DNA from: Actinomycetota bacterium
Lineage (GTDB): Bacteria > Actinomycetota > Acidimicrobiia > Acidimicrobiales > JAHWLA01
Assembly (NCBI GenBank): GCA_019347595.1
Contig: JAHWLA010000002.1
Span: forward strand, 1-35,343
Direction: 5' to 3'
DNA length: 35,343 nt
Shown one piece after another: positions 1-9,384 of the stretch. Every line of letters starts with the position of its first letter. The stretch's first letter is position 1. Position numbers and translations under genes: made by a program. The notes below the pieces were generated by a model that searched no databases, was not told where the DNA came from, and worked only from the letters and a program-made list of their open reading frames with translations.

Positions 1-127
1 CGTCGAGCCTCGCGGACCGGGCGTCGAGGGAGTCGATCTCGGGCCCGGCGGCCACGGGAGGGCCGAACGACTCGGGCAGGAAGTCGGCTTGGCGCTGTTC
101 GAGACCCTCGCCGTCTCGCTCCTCCAC
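1..127 (-). CDS. Partial CDS of unknown product; only about the first 42 codons are visible before the window edge
   Basis: A GTG lies at 127..125, four nt after the permease stop. The frame VEERDGEGLEQRQADFLPESFGPPVAAGPEIDSLDARSARLD stays open to position 1 with strongly G/C-biased third positions. No motif is recognisable in the visible part. Confidence 0.3.
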   Translation of the reverse strand, partial: MEERDGEGLEQRQADFLPESFGPPVAAGPEIDSLDARSARLD

Positions 128-131
128 CGTG

Positions 132-2450
132 CTAGCCACGAGCAGCCTCCGTTCGCCCGACGCGCTCGTTGCCACCGTCCTCGCGGCCGTACCGGTCGAG
201 AGCCCACTGGTGCTCCAGCCGGTACAGCAAGGAGGACGACGTGGCGGCGGCGGCGGGCCCCCGCTTTTCGTCCAGGTGCACGCGGTCGAGCGCCCGTCGG
301 CTCACCCCTTCTCCCATCAAGGACGGGACCGGTATCCGCAGTCGGACTGCCAGCCGCCGTAGCGCGCTGTCGCGCATGTCGTAGAAGACCTGCGCCAGGC
401 CGCCCGGCGCCGCGAACAGGAGGAGCAGCGCACCGGTCCCTGCACCGGTGTACCGGATGAGCGGGTTGGTGCCGAGCAGGGTGAGCAGGCCCATGTAGGT
501 GAACCCCAGCAACGGTCCCAGGATGCCGCCGAGGCCGCCGATGACGGCGAAGACGAACATCTCGATGCTGATGTCTGCCGTGAAGGACTGCGGCGTCACC
601 TCGCGCTGGTGGAAGGCGAACAGGCCGCCCGCGAAGGCAGCCAGGAAGCCTGCTACCGCGAAGGCGGTCAGACGAGCACGCAGCGGGTTGATGCCGAACG
701 ACTGGGCTGCCGCCTCGTTCGCTCGAAGCCCGATGAGCACCCGCCCCGATCGGCTGCGCCGGAGACCGACGACCGCGGCGCAACAGACGGCAACCATCAC
801 CAACGTGAAGTAGTAGAAGACTCGCGAGTCGTCGAAGTCCATCCCGAGCACGGCCGGTCGCTCGATCGACTCGGGGAGCCACCCGCCCAGGTAACGGTCG
901 TCGACGAAGAGGGCCCGGGCGCTGACGGCGAATGCGAGCGTCGAGATGGCGAGGTTGAGCCCGTGGAGCTTCAGGGCGGGGACGCCGACGACGACCGACG
1001 CCGCCGCCCCGACGGCGCCGCCGAGGAGGAGGGCGAGAGGAAACGGCAGGTTCGACACCGCGGCGGCCCATGCGCCGATCGCCGCGAAGCCGAATTGCCC
1101 GAGGCTCACCTGCCCGGCCCACCCGGTGAGGATGAGGATCGACAGGCCCACGATCGAGTAGATGGCGAAGACGGTGACGAGCGTGGTGGTGGACGACGAC
1201 AGCGCCCACGGGAGCCCGGCCAGGACGGCGACCGCCACGATGGCGCCGCCGCGCATCCACGTCCTGACCTGCGGCAGCACACGCAGCTCGTGCGGAATGG
1301 GACGGACCTCGCGCGTGACTTCGTAGCCCGACGCGTCCTCGCGGTGGGCGCGCGATTCCTTTGCTCGCTGCAACAGCAGGAGCCCGCCGATCAGGAACAC
1401 GAGGGCGGCGTCGAGCGGCGTGGTGGAGGCGAACGCGTACTGGACGGCGGCGCGCAGCACGCCGAGCGCGACGGCGGCCGCGGCAACCATGGGGAGACTG
1501 TGGAATCGGGCCATGACGGCAACGGCGAGAATCACCGTGAGTGTGCCTGCCGGGATCGCGATGGTGTTGGTTTCCGGTCGTACGCTGCTCCCGAACGCAC
1601 CCAAGACACCCGCCACACCTCCGAGGAGGCCGGCCAGCAGCCATACCCGGCTGGTGACCCCCTGCACGTCGACACCGAGCGTCTGCGCTCGGGCGGGGTT
1701 CTCGGCGGCAGCTCGGATGGCGATGCCCGTGCGGCTGTGGCGGAAGTAGAGCGTCACCCCTACCACGGCGCCGGCCGCCGCCACGATCAGGAGGACGTCG
1801 GCGAGGCGGAGGGACGCGATCGGGTCCACCTGCCACACGAAGTCGCCGGGCGGCCGGGTCGGCCGCCGGGCGATGCGTTGGAAGGCGGCGGGGTCCTCGG
1901 TGTTCGTCGGGATGAACAAGTTCTGTATCTGGCTGTGCATCCCTGCCAGCGCCTGTCCGACGAAGACGGTCACGAGCGTGAGCATGATCCGAGGCGAGCG
2001 CCGGAATCGGCGCAGGACGGTGAGGTACCCCGCCCACGACACGAGGGCCGTGAGCCCCACCGCGACGATGAGCGCCAGCGCGAAGTTGATGTTGCGCGCC
2101 ATGGCGCCCGGCTCACGGCTGACGCAACCGCACACGCTGCGCGTGACGTTGAGGAAGAACTGCCCCTGCACGAGCGCGGTGAACAGCACCGCCGCCACGC
2201 CGGCGAGTTGGAGCTGCGCGAAGTTGACGAACTTGTTCGCCCGGTACACCAGCACCACGGCGGCGGCGTGGAGCACGAGCGGCGCCGCCTCGGCGACGCC
2301 GAGGGCGTAGATCCCGAGTACGGGTCGACGCGGGAACAACTGGATCATCGCGAGCAGCGCCAGCATGGCGAGCAGCTCGTTGCGGAACTCCAGGTGGCGT
2401 CCCCAGGCGGGGACGGCCGGCAATCGCACGCGCGTCGCGGGCGCCGTCAT
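132..2450 (-). CDS. Branched-chain amino acid type ABC transporter permease with fused LivH-like and LivM-like halves
   Basis: The track ORF 132..2516 encodes a multi-helix hydrophobic protein. The N-half carries the LivH-like 'YRANKFVNFAQLQ' and the C-half the LivM-like 'LTGWAGQVSLGQFGFAAIGAW'. I placed the start at ATG 2450 (MTAPATRV), which has GGGGAG about 7 nt upstream; the longest-ORF start at 2516 is the alternative. About 60 C-terminal residues have no recognisable similarity. Confidence 0.8.
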   Translation of the reverse strand: MTAPATRVRLPAVPAWGRHLEFRNELLAMLALLAMIQLFPRRPVLGIYALGVAEAAPLVLHAAAVVLVYRANKFVNFAQLQLAGVAAVLFTALVQGQFFLNVTRSVCGCVSREPGAMARNINFALALIVAVGLTALVSWAGYLTVLRRFRRSPRIMLTLVTVFVGQALAGMHSQIQNLFIPTNTEDPAAFQRIARRPTRPPGDFVWQVDPIASLRLADVLLIVAAAGAVVGVTLYFRHSRTGIAIRAAAENPARAQTLGVDVQGVTSRVWLLAGLLGGVAGVLGAFGSSVRPETNTIAIPAGTLTVILAVAVMARFHSLPMVAAAAVALGVLRAAVQYAFASTTPLDAALVFLIGGLLLLQRAKESRAHREDASGYEVTREVRPIPHELRVLPQVRTWMRGGAIVAVAVLAGLPWALSSSTTTLVTVFAIYSIVGLSILILTGWAGQVSLGQFGFAAIGAWAAAVSNLPFPLALLLGGAVGAAASVVVGVPALKLHGLNLAISTLAFAVSARALFVDDRYLGGWLPESIERPAVLGMDFDDSRVFYYFTLVMVAVCCAAVVGLRRSRSGRVLIGLRANEAAAQSFGINPLRARLTAFAVAGFLAAFAGGLFAFHQREVTPQSFTADISIEMFVFAVIGGLGGILGPLLGFTYMGLLTLLGTNPLIRYTGAGTGALLLLFAAPGGLAQVFYDMRDSALRRLAVRLRIPVPSLMGEGVSRRALDRVHLDEKRGPAAAATSSSLLYRLEHQWALDRYGREDGGNERVGRTEAARG

Positions 2451-2538
2451 GCGGTCGCTCCCCGCCGAACGACGGCGCACGCCGCGTGCACGCGGTCTCG
2501 CTGCGTCGAAACCCACCGGGTGCGGGGTCCTACCGTTC

Positions 2539-3237
2539 TCACTTCGCGGCCGAAATCCCGCTGTCGGCCGACATGACGGCCTCGCTCGAGAGCAGCGCGT
2601 TGAGCACCATCAACTGGCTCGAAGCCGCCTGCTCGCCTGCGATGCGCCGGGCGGCGCGGCCGTTGCCCGCTTTCACCGCGGCAAGCAGCTCCTGATGTTC
2701 GTGGACGATCTCGTCGCCTCTCGAGCGCAGGACGAGCCCGAGGTGGAACAACCGCTCGAGCTGCTCCAACACGTACTGCAACATGTCGGCGAGGGCTTCG
2801 TTGCCCCCGAGTTCGGCGAGGGCCACGTGGAAGCGGGTGTTCTCCTCCATGAAGCGCGTGATGCTCGCTCGGTCGCCGGCGTCGTACGTCTGTCTGCCGA
2901 GCTGCTCGAGCTCGATGAGGGCATCGAGGTCGAGCCGACGTTCGGCCGCCGACCCGGCGGCCTCGACCTCGAGCAAGGCGCGCAGTTGGAACAGGTCGCG
3001 AGCGCGCTTGATCGTCACCGGCGTGACGCGGTAGCCACAGCGGGCGGCCGCGTCGACAAGCCCCTCCTGACGGAGGCGGAGGAGCGCTTCGCGAACCGGC
3101 GTCTTCGACAATCCCAGCGATGCGGCCAATTCGCCTTCGGTGAAGGCGGCGCCGGGGGGGAGGTCGAGTTCGATCACCCGTCGCTTGATGGCGTCGTACG
3201 CCTCTCGCGTGCGGGTCGGTAGAAGGTGCGTGGACAA
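2539..3237 (-). CDS. GntR family transcriptional regulator of the FadR/FCD type
   Basis: The N-terminal winged HTH reads 'AYDAIKRRVIELDLPPGAAFTEGELAASLGLSKTPVREALLRLRQEGLV'. It is followed by an all-helical FCD-like C-domain ('RFMEENTRFHVALAELGGN'). Confidence 0.85.
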   Translation of the reverse strand: MSTHLLPTRTREAYDAIKRRVIELDLPPGAAFTEGELAASLGLSKTPVREALLRLRQEGLVDAAARCGYRVTPVTIKRARDLFQLRALLEVEAAGSAAERRLDLDALIELEQLGRQTYDAGDRASITRFMEENTRFHVALAELGGNEALADMLQYVLEQLERLFHLGLVLRSRGDEIVHEHQELLAAVKAGNGRAARRIAGEQAASSQLMVLNALLSSEAVMSADSGISAAK

Positions 3238-3245
3238 GGTCGCTC

Positions 3246-3568
3246 CTACAGGAGGGGCAGCAGTATCGACATCAGGTCGTGCTTGCTTCGTGCGCCGGTC
3301 ACCTCGGCAAGAACCTCACGCCGCGGAACAGCACGGGGAGGGGAATGGCGCTCACCTTGTAGCGGAGCGCCACATCGGGCTCGGCGAGGATGTCGACCTT
3401 GCCGACGGCGAGCTTCTCGGCACGCGCCAACGCCACCTCTCCGAGGACGGGGTCCATGGCCTTGCACGGCCCGCACGACTCGGCCCGGACGTCGACGAGT
3501 ACGGGCGTGCCCGACTCGACGACCGGCTCGAAGTTGGCACTCGTCGGTACCTGACGTACGTCGCCCAT
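3246..3568 (-). pseudogene. trxA: Thioredoxin (CGPC active site) with an apparent 1-nt frameshift near codon 83
   Basis: ORF 3299..3568 encodes 'VLVDVRAESCGPCKAM...SAIPLPVLFRG' and then terminates early after 'VRFLPR'. The overlapping frame that ends at 3246 continues with 'EVLAEVTGARSKHDLMSILLPLL', which looks like the missing thioredoxin C-terminus. One extra G around 3317..3322 (GGCG[G]TGAG) would give 'LFRGGEVLAEVTGA'. Confidence 0.7.
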
Positions 3569-3598
3569 GGGCGCCCTTTCGTTGGCTGTGCCTCTGAG

Positions 3599-3626
3599 AT
3601 ATTAGAGGCGGGCTGTGTCGTGTCAA
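3599..3626 (-). promoter_or_regulatory. Sigma-70-like promoter for the trx/gntR transcript
   Basis: On the minus strand, TTGACA (3626..3621), a 16-nt spacer and TAATAT (3604..3599). A GAAAGGG Shine-Dalgarno lies 5 nt before ATG 3568. The -10 sits inside the inverted repeat GCCTCT-N8-AGAGGC (3590..3609). Confidence 0.5.
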
Positions 3627-3650
3627 GCGCAGGACAAGGAAATTCTGGAT

Positions 3651-3678
3651 TTGACATCTCAATGACCGTTCTTAAGAT
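3651..3678 (+). promoter_or_regulatory. Sigma-70-like promoter for the hut operon
   Basis: TTGACA (3651..3656), a 16-nt spacer and TAAGAT (3673..3678). GGAGG at about 3689..3695 precedes ATG 3700. The region is an AT-rich island in an otherwise GC-rich window. Confidence 0.5.
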
Positions 3679-3699
3679 ATCAGCACACGAGGAGGCGGG

Positions 3700-5283
3700 A
3701 TGCGAGGCGTGGAGCAGGTAAGCCAAGATGGTCCGGCGTCGCGTTCCGCCGTCGGGCGCGTGGTGCTGGGCGCCGACGGCATCTCCCCGCAGGATGTCGT
3801 GGCCGTGGCACGCCACGGCGCGAGCACCACCTTGTCGACGTCGGCCCGCCAAGCCCTGGAGCGCGCACACCGCCAGGTGGCGGCAATGGCGGGGCGCCCG
3901 GACCCGGTGTACGGGGTTTCGACCGGGTTCGGTGCCTTGGCTGTCCGCCGCATTCCGGTCGAACGCCGCCGTGACCTCCAGCGGGCGCTGATCCGATCGC
4001 ACGCCGCCGGGATGGGACCGGCGATCGAAAACGAGGTCGTCCGGGCGATGATGCTGCTCCGCGCTCGCACGCTGGCGATGGGCCGTTCCGGTGTGAGGGT
4101 CGAGGTCGTGGAGTTGCTCCTCGCCATGCTCGGCGCGGGGATCACCCCGCTCGTGCCCGAGCATGGGTCGCTCGGGTGCAGCGGCGACCTCGCGCCGCTC
4201 GCCCACGTCGCCCTGGCCTTGCTCGGCGAGGGAGATGTCGAGGTCGACGGGGTGCACACGACGGCCGCCGAGGCGTTGGCCGCGGCCGGCCTCGAACCGC
4301 TGACGCTGGAGGAGAAGGAGGGGCTGGCGCTCGTCAACGGGACCGACGGGATGCTGGCGATGCTCGTTCTCGCGTGCACCGACATCGGCGCCGTCTTGCG
4401 CACGGCGGACGTGGCGGCGGCGATGAGCGTCGAGGCTCTCCTGGGCACTGCGGCGGCGTTCGCTCCCGACGTGCTCGGCCTGCGCCCGCACCCCGGTCAA
4501 CAGGCGAGCGGGGCGAACCTCGTTCGCCTGCTCGAGGGGTCGCCGATCGTCGCATCGCACCTCGACGGCGACGTCCGCGTCCAGGACGCGTACTCCCTCC
4601 GCTGCGCGCCGCAGGTGGCGGGGGCGGCGCGCGACACGCTCGACCACGCCCGACGGGTCGTCGACAGGGAGCTGCGGGCGACCATCGACAACCCGGTGAT
4701 CCTTCCGGATGGGCGGGTGGCGTCGAACGGGAACTTCCACGGCGCACCTCTTGCGCTGGCGTGCGACTTCCTCGCCATCGCCTTGGCCGACCTCGGCGCC
4801 ATGTCCGAGCGTCGCACCGACCGCCTCCTCGACCCCGCCCGCTCGCACGGGCTGCCGGCGTTCCTGGCCGACGACCCGGGCGTGGATTCCGGACTGATGA
4901 TCGCCCAGTACACCGCCGCCGCCCTGGTCGCGGAGAACCGGCGTCTGGCGGTGCCGGCCTCGGCCGACACCGTGCCGACGTCGGCCATGCAAGAGGACCA
5001 CGTGTCCATGGGGTGGGCCGCGGCGCGGAAGCTTCGCACGGTGATCGCCAACACCGTCAAGATCCTGGCCATCGAGGTGACGGCCGCCGGGCGCGCCATC
5101 GAACTGCGCCGCCCGCTCACCCCTGCACCGGCTAGCGCCGCCGTGCTCCGCCGACTGCGTGAAGACGTGCCGGGGCCTGGTATGGACCGCTATCTGGCGC
5201 CCGAGCTGGCGGCGGCGGAAGCCCTGGTGACGGGCGGCGGCCTCGTCCGCGCCGTCGAGGACGTCGTCGGGCCGCTCGCCTGA
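3700..5283 (+). CDS. hutH: Histidine ammonia-lyase
   Basis: HAL/PAL family motifs are present: '[12 protein letters not shown]', '[17 protein letters not shown]' (MIO region), '[12 protein letters not shown]' and 'NGNFHGAP'. It is the first gene of a hutHUIG cluster. Confidence 0.95.
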   Translation: MRGVEQVSQDGPASRSAVGRVVLGADGISPQDVVAVARHGASTTLSTSARQALERAHRQVAAMAGRPDPVYGVSTGFGALAVRRIPVERRRDLQRALIRSHAAGMGPAIENEVVRAMMLLRARTLAMGRSGVRVEVVELLLAMLGAGITPLVPEHGSLGCSGDLAPLAHVALALLGEGDVEVDGVHTTAAEALAAAGLEPLTLEEKEGLALVNGTDGMLAMLVLACTDIGAVLRTADVAAAMSVEALLGTAAAFAPDVLGLRPHPGQQASGANLVRLLEGSPIVASHLDGDVRVQDAYSLRCAPQVAGAARDTLDHARRVVDRELRATIDNPVILPDGRVASNGNFHGAPLALACDFLAIALADLGAMSERRTDRLLDPARSHGLPAFLADDPGVDSGLMIAQYTAAALVAENRRLAVPASADTVPTSAMQEDHVSMGWAAARKLRTVIANTVKILAIEVTAAGRAIELRRPLTPAPASAAVLRRLREDVPGPGMDRYLAPELAAAEALVTGGGLVRAVEDVVGPLA

Positions 5284-5300
5284 CCAGAAGGAGGACTGCC

Positions 5301-6959
5301 GTGCCGGCACTACCGCCCGTCATCCGCGCCCCCCGCGGCCCGGAACGCCGCTGCAAGGGGTGGCCGCAGGAAGCCGCGCTGCGGATGCTTATGAACAACG
5401 TGGACCCCGACGTGGCGGAGAGGCCTGAGGATCTCGTGGTCTACGGGGGCACGGGGCGAGCGGCACGGACGTGGCCGGCCTTCCACGCCATCGTCCGCGC
5501 CCTCGAAGCCCTCGAGGGGGACGAGACGCTCGTCGTGCAATCGGGAAAGCCGGTGGCCGTCTTCCGCACCCACGAGTGGGCGCCGCGCGTGCTCATCGCC
5601 AACAGCAACCTCGTCCCCGACTGGGCGACGTGGCCCGAGTTCCGAAGGCTCGAAGCGCTGGGGCTGACGATGTACGGGCAGATGACGGCGGGGTCGTGGA
5701 TCTACATCGGCACGCAGGGGATCCTCCAGGGGACGTACGAGTGCTTCGGCGCCATCGCGGCCAAGCGCTTCGGCGGGAGCCTTCAGGGGACGCTCACCCT
5801 GACCGCCGGGCTCGGCGGCATGGGAGGCGCGCAACCGCTCGCTGTGACCATGAACGGCGGGGTAGCCATCTGCATCGAGGCCGATCCCGACCGCATCCGT
5901 CGTCGCCTCGAGACTCGGTATCTCGACGTGGCGGCCGACGATCTCGACGAGGCGCTGAAACTGGCGGACCACGCGGTCGCCACGCGGACACCGCTGTCCA
6001 TCGCCGTAGAGGGAAACGCAGCCGACATCGTGCCGCGGCTCGCCCGCCTCGGCGCACCGGTCGACATCGTGACGGACCAGACGCCCGCGCACGACCCGCT
6101 CTCGTACATTCCGGACGGCATGTCCCCGTCGGACGCCCGCGAGCTGCGCGAGCGCGACCCCGAGGGATACCTACGCCGGAGCCGGGACAGCATGGTCCGC
6201 CACTGCGCAGCCATGGTCGAATTCCACGACCGCGGCGTGGAGGTCTTCGACTACGGCAACGGCCTGCGCGCCGAGGCGCGGGCGGGCGGGCTGGACCGTG
6301 CCTTCGACTACCCCGGGTTCCTGCCCGCGTACATCAGGCCGCTGTTCTGCGAGGGACGCGGGCCGTTCCGATGGGTCGCGCTGTCGGGCGACCCTGCCGA
6401 CATCGCGGCGACCGACGAAGCGGTACTGGCGGAGTTCCCCGAGCACGAGTCCCTGGTGCGGTGGATCCGCATGGCTCGCGAGCGCGTGGCGTTCCAGGGG
6501 CTACCGGCGCGCATCTGCTGGCTCGGATACGGCGAACGCGACCGTATGGGTGCCGTCTTCAACGAGCTCGTGGCCTCCGGACGCGTGACGGCGCCGATCG
6601 TGATCGGGCGCGACCACCTCGATGCCGGCTCCGTGGCGTCGCCCTACCGGGAGACCGAGGCCATGCGCGACGGCAGCGACGCGATCGGCGACTGGCCGTT
6701 GCTGAACGCCATGCTGAACACGGCGTGCGGCGCCTCTTGGGTGAGCATCCACCACGGCGGCGGCGTCGGCATCGGCCGCTCCATCCATGCGGGCATGGTC
6801 GCCGTCGCCGACGGTACCGACCTGGCCGCCGAGAAGCTCGCCCGCGTCCTCGTGGCCGACCCCGGGATGGGGGTCGTGCGCCACGCCGACGCCGGCTACG
6901 ACGAGGCCGTCGACGTCGCAGAACGGCGCGGGGTCCACATGCCGATGCTCGATGGCTGA
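5301..6959 (+). CDS. hutU: Urocanate hydratase
   Basis: The product reads '[51 protein letters not shown]', with '[10 protein letters not shown]' and '[13 protein letters not shown]'. GTG start. Typical urocanase length of 552 aa. Confidence 0.95.
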   Translation: MPALPPVIRAPRGPERRCKGWPQEAALRMLMNNVDPDVAERPEDLVVYGGTGRAARTWPAFHAIVRALEALEGDETLVVQSGKPVAVFRTHEWAPRVLIANSNLVPDWATWPEFRRLEALGLTMYGQMTAGSWIYIGTQGILQGTYECFGAIAAKRFGGSLQGTLTLTAGLGGMGGAQPLAVTMNGGVAICIEADPDRIRRRLETRYLDVAADDLDEALKLADHAVATRTPLSIAVEGNAADIVPRLARLGAPVDIVTDQTPAHDPLSYIPDGMSPSDARELRERDPEGYLRRSRDSMVRHCAAMVEFHDRGVEVFDYGNGLRAEARAGGLDRAFDYPGFLPAYIRPLFCEGRGPFRWVALSGDPADIAATDEAVLAEFPEHESLVRWIRMARERVAFQGLPARICWLGYGERDRMGAVFNELVASGRVTAPIVIGRDHLDAGSVASPYRETEAMRDGSDAIGDWPLLNAMLNTACGASWVSIHHGGGVGIGRSIHAGMVAVADGTDLAAEKLARVLVADPGMGVVRHADAGYDEAVDVAERRGVHMPMLDG

Positions 6960-8118
6960 CCTCCTCGTCCGTCGGGCGGGCGCGGTGTTCGGGCACTCGA
7001 CCACCGGACCAACCGCGATCGTCATCCGCAACGGACGCGTGGCTGCCGTCCTGCCCGACCGTGACGTCCCGTCGGGGCCGCTCATCCCGGAGCTCGACGC
7101 CGGGGGCCGAGTCGTCCTCCCCGGCTTCGTCGACAGCCATGCGCACCTCGTCTTCGCGGGCGATCGGCGGGCGGAGTTCGCCGCCCGTCTCGCCGGACAG
7201 CCCTACGAGGCGGGCGGCATCATGCAAACCGTGGAAGCCACGCGCGCTGCTTCCCTCGACGACCTGGTGGCCGGCGTCGTCGAGCGCGCCACTGCGTGCC
7301 TGCTCGACGGCACCACGACGGTGGAGGCGAAATCGGGCTACGCGCTCGACGTCGAGGGCGAGCGGCGGTCGCTCGAAGCGCTTCACCTGGCCGGGGCACG
7401 CGTTCCGGTCGACATCGTCCCGACGTTCCTGGGAGCACACTTGGCGCCGTACGACGGGTACGTGGACGAAGTGGTGCACGACATGCTCCCCGCGTGCGCG
7501 CCGTTGGCCCGGTTCTGCGACGCGTTCTGCGACGAGGGGGCGCTCTCCGTCGACGACGCCCGGCGCGTGCTGCGGGCCGGGTGCTCCTACGGCCTGCTCC
7601 CGCGGCTCCACGCCGAGGAGCTCGCCCACAGCGGCGGCGCTCGACTGGCCGCTGAGCTGCGGTGCGCCTCCGCCGACCACCTCGTCCATGCCGACGACGC
7701 CGATATCGCCGCCCTCGCCGCGGCAGGGGTGGTGGCCGTGCTCCTGCCCGCGACGTCGCATTGCGTGGGGATCGGCTACGCCCCCGCCCGGCGCTTCCTC
7801 GACGCCGGCGCCGTCGTCGCGCTCGCCACCGATTGCAACCCGGGGACGAGCTACACGACGTCGATGCCGTTCGTGATCGGCTTGGCGTGCATCGAGTACG
7901 GCCTCACGGTGGACGAGGCGATCAGGGCGGCGACGTGGGGCGGCGCCCAGTCCCTCCGGCTCGACGACATCGGGCAGCTCCACGTCGGCGCCCGCGGCGA
8001 CCTGGTGGTCCTCGACACCGACGACTGGGTCGACCTCGCCTATCGCCCGGGCTCGCACCTCGTCGCCGATGTCGTCAAGGACGGCGTCCACGTCGTGTGC
8101 GAAGGCCGCCTGCGATGA
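6952..8118 (+). CDS. hutI: Imidazolonepropionase
   Basis: The in-frame ATG at 6952 ([10 protein letters not shown]) overlaps the hutU stop by 8 nt. Amidohydrolase motifs are present ('[13 protein letters not shown]', 'RLHAEEL', 'ADHLVH', 'ATDCNPGTS'). The longest-ORF upstream extension lies inside hutU and I rejected it. Confidence 0.9.
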   Translation: MADLLVRRAGAVFGHSTTGPTAIVIRNGRVAAVLPDRDVPSGPLIPELDAGGRVVLPGFVDSHAHLVFAGDRRAEFAARLAGQPYEAGGIMQTVEATRAASLDDLVAGVVERATACLLDGTTTVEAKSGYALDVEGERRSLEALHLAGARVPVDIVPTFLGAHLAPYDGYVDEVVHDMLPACAPLARFCDAFCDEGALSVDDARRVLRAGCSYGLLPRLHAEELAHSGGARLAAELRCASADHLVHADDADIAALAAAGVVAVLLPATSHCVGIGYAPARRFLDAGAVVALATDCNPGTSYTTSMPFVIGLACIEYGLTVDEAIRAATWGGAQSLRLDDIGQLHVGARGDLVVLDTDDWVDLAYRPGSHLVADVVKDGVHVVCEGRLR

Positions 8119-8993
8119 GTGCGGACTGGCCGACGGCCGCCGCCTGGCTGGCTTCCGGGTCCGACAACGACGACGCCCTCGTCGTGGCGGGCATCCCCCT
8201 CCACGAGGGCTCCGTCACGCCGTCGCGGTACGACCTCGCCCCGTCCGCCATCCGCGAACGGCTGGGCCGCCTGTCGACCTTCGCGGCCGACCACGATGTC
8301 GACCTCGCCGACGTCCCCGTTCGTGATCACGGCGACAGCGATCGCCCCCCCGCGCTGGATGCCCCCTTGACCGTCCTGCTGGGAGGCCACAACGGCGTGA
8401 CGTACGAGGCGCTTCACTCGCGCCCCGACCTCCCGCGATGGGGCCTCCTCACGTTGGATGCCCACCACGACGTCCGCGCCTACGACGGCGCACCGGGCAA
8501 CGGGTCGCCGGTGCGCGCCCTCGTCGACGCCGGTCTCCCGGCCGAGCACATCGTCCAGGTCGGCATCCACGGGTTCTGCAACGCACCGGCCCACCGTCGC
8601 TGGTGCGAAGCGCGCGGCATCCGCGTTCTCGGGCCCGCCGAGATCGGACTGGTTCCGCTGGTTCTCGCCGAGCTCGCAGCACGCTGCGACGCCGTCTACG
8701 TCGACATCGACATGGACGTGCTCGACCGGGCCTACGCCCCCGCGTGCCCGGGATCGCGCCCGGGCGGCGTGCGCCCTGCCGAGCTCTTCGCGGCCGCCTT
8801 CGCCGCCGGGGCCCACCCCGCCGTCCGCGCCGTCGACATCGTGGAGGTCGACCCCACCCGCGATGTGGCGTCGGTGACCGTGGACGCCTCCGCTCTCACC
8901 CTGCTCACGGTGGCGGCCGGCTACGGCGACAGGCGTCGGAAATCCGCCGGCCCAGGAGGAATCACGGGAAGCGGGCGAGAACTTGATTCCTAG
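8115..8993 (+). CDS. hutG: Formimidoylglutamase (arginase/ureohydrolase family)
   Basis: ATG 8115 overlaps the hutI stop (ATGA). Ureohydrolase metal motifs are present ('LDAHHDVR', 'YVDIDMDVLDRAYAP'). The hutG assignment rests on operon context; another ureohydrolase specificity cannot be excluded from sequence alone. Confidence 0.75.
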   Translation: MSADWPTAAAWLASGSDNDDALVVAGIPLHEGSVTPSRYDLAPSAIRERLGRLSTFAADHDVDLADVPVRDHGDSDRPPALDAPLTVLLGGHNGVTYEALHSRPDLPRWGLLTLDAHHDVRAYDGAPGNGSPVRALVDAGLPAEHIVQVGIHGFCNAPAHRRWCEARGIRVLGPAEIGLVPLVLAELAARCDAVYVDIDMDVLDRAYAPACPGSRPGGVRPAELFAAAFAAGAHPAVRAVDIVEVDPTRDVASVTVDASALTLLTVAAGYGDRRRKSAGPGGITGSGRELDS

Positions 8994-8994
8994 T

Positions 8995-9019
8995 CCTACC
9001 CCTCCCGGGGAGGGGTAGG
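8995..9019. promoter_or_regulatory. 25-nt palindrome, probably a CsoR operator; it could also act as the hutG terminator hairpin
   Basis: CCTACCCCTCCC-G-GGGAGGGGTAGG has 12-nt perfect arms. It starts 2 nt after the hutG stop and ends 12 nt before the csoR ATG. The GC-rich TACCCC...GGGGTA core resembles described CsoR operators. No T-tract follows. Confidence 0.55.
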
Positions 9020-9030
9020 GTGGAACGCCG

Positions 9031-9384
9031 ATGAAGCCGAACCACCGCACTGCCGTCCTCAACCGGTTGAAAAGCGCCCGGGGGCACCTCGACGCCGTCA
9101 TCCGCATGGTCGACGACGACCAGTACTGCCCGGACGTGATGAAGCAGTTGGCGGCAGTGCAGGGCTCCCTCGAGGGGGCGGGGCGCGTCATCCTGCGGAA
9201 CCACTTGGAGACGTGCGTGGCGGCCGGGATGATGGCCGGGCGCGTGGACGATGTGGTGGACGAGCTGATGAACGTCCTGCGCTTCGACCGGGTCACCGGG
9301 CCGGGCGACGGCGACGGGGGGCGGGGGACAACCGAACCGACGGCACGCGGGGTGGATGCAGAGAGGCAGAACGGATGTCACTGA
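9031..9384 (+). CDS. csoR: CsoR/RcnR family metal-sensing repressor with the Cu(I)-type C-H-C ligand set
   Basis: The product reads 'RLKSARGHLDAVIRMVDDDQYCPDVMKQLAAVQGSLEGAGRVILRNHLETCV'. The Cys, His(+25) and Cys(+29) spacing matches the CsoR Cu(I) ligands. The C-terminal tail is long and Gly/Asp-rich. Confidence 0.85.
   Translation: MKPNHRTAVLNRLKSARGHLDAVIRMVDDDQYCPDVMKQLAAVQGSLEGAGRVILRNHLETCVAAGMMAGRVDDVVDELMNVLRFDRVTGPGDGDGGRGTTEPTARGVDAERQNGCH

Noticed and set aside
609-2576. A 655-aa plus-strand ORF opposite the permease gene.
   Set aside because: The translation is dominated by Arg/Gly/Asp/Glu/His/Pro runs with no motif. It lies antisense to a clearly recognisable LivH/LivM permease. 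This is a typical stop-poor shadow frame in GC-rich DNA.
3352-5310. A 652-aa minus-strand ORF, plus several 100-320-aa ORFs overlapping hutH.
   Set aside because: They lie antisense or out of frame to a full-length, motif-rich histidine ammonia-lyase. Their composition is Arg/Gly/Pro-rich and low in complexity.
5471-8091. An 801-aa plus-strand ORF (5471..7876) and a 510-aa minus-strand ORF (6559..8091) across hutU, hutI and hutG.
   Set aside because: Both are Arg/Pro/Gly-rich shadow frames of genes with unambiguous family motifs. They would also abolish the coherent hutHUIG operon.
8995-9019. Reading the CCTACCCCTCCC/GGGAGGGGTAGG palindrome purely as the hutG intrinsic terminator.
   Set aside because: I did not fully reject this. 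However, there is no U-tract, the centre is a single nucleotide, and the sequence matches the CsoR-box style directly upstream of a csoR gene. The operator reading is therefore preferred, and a dual role remains possible.
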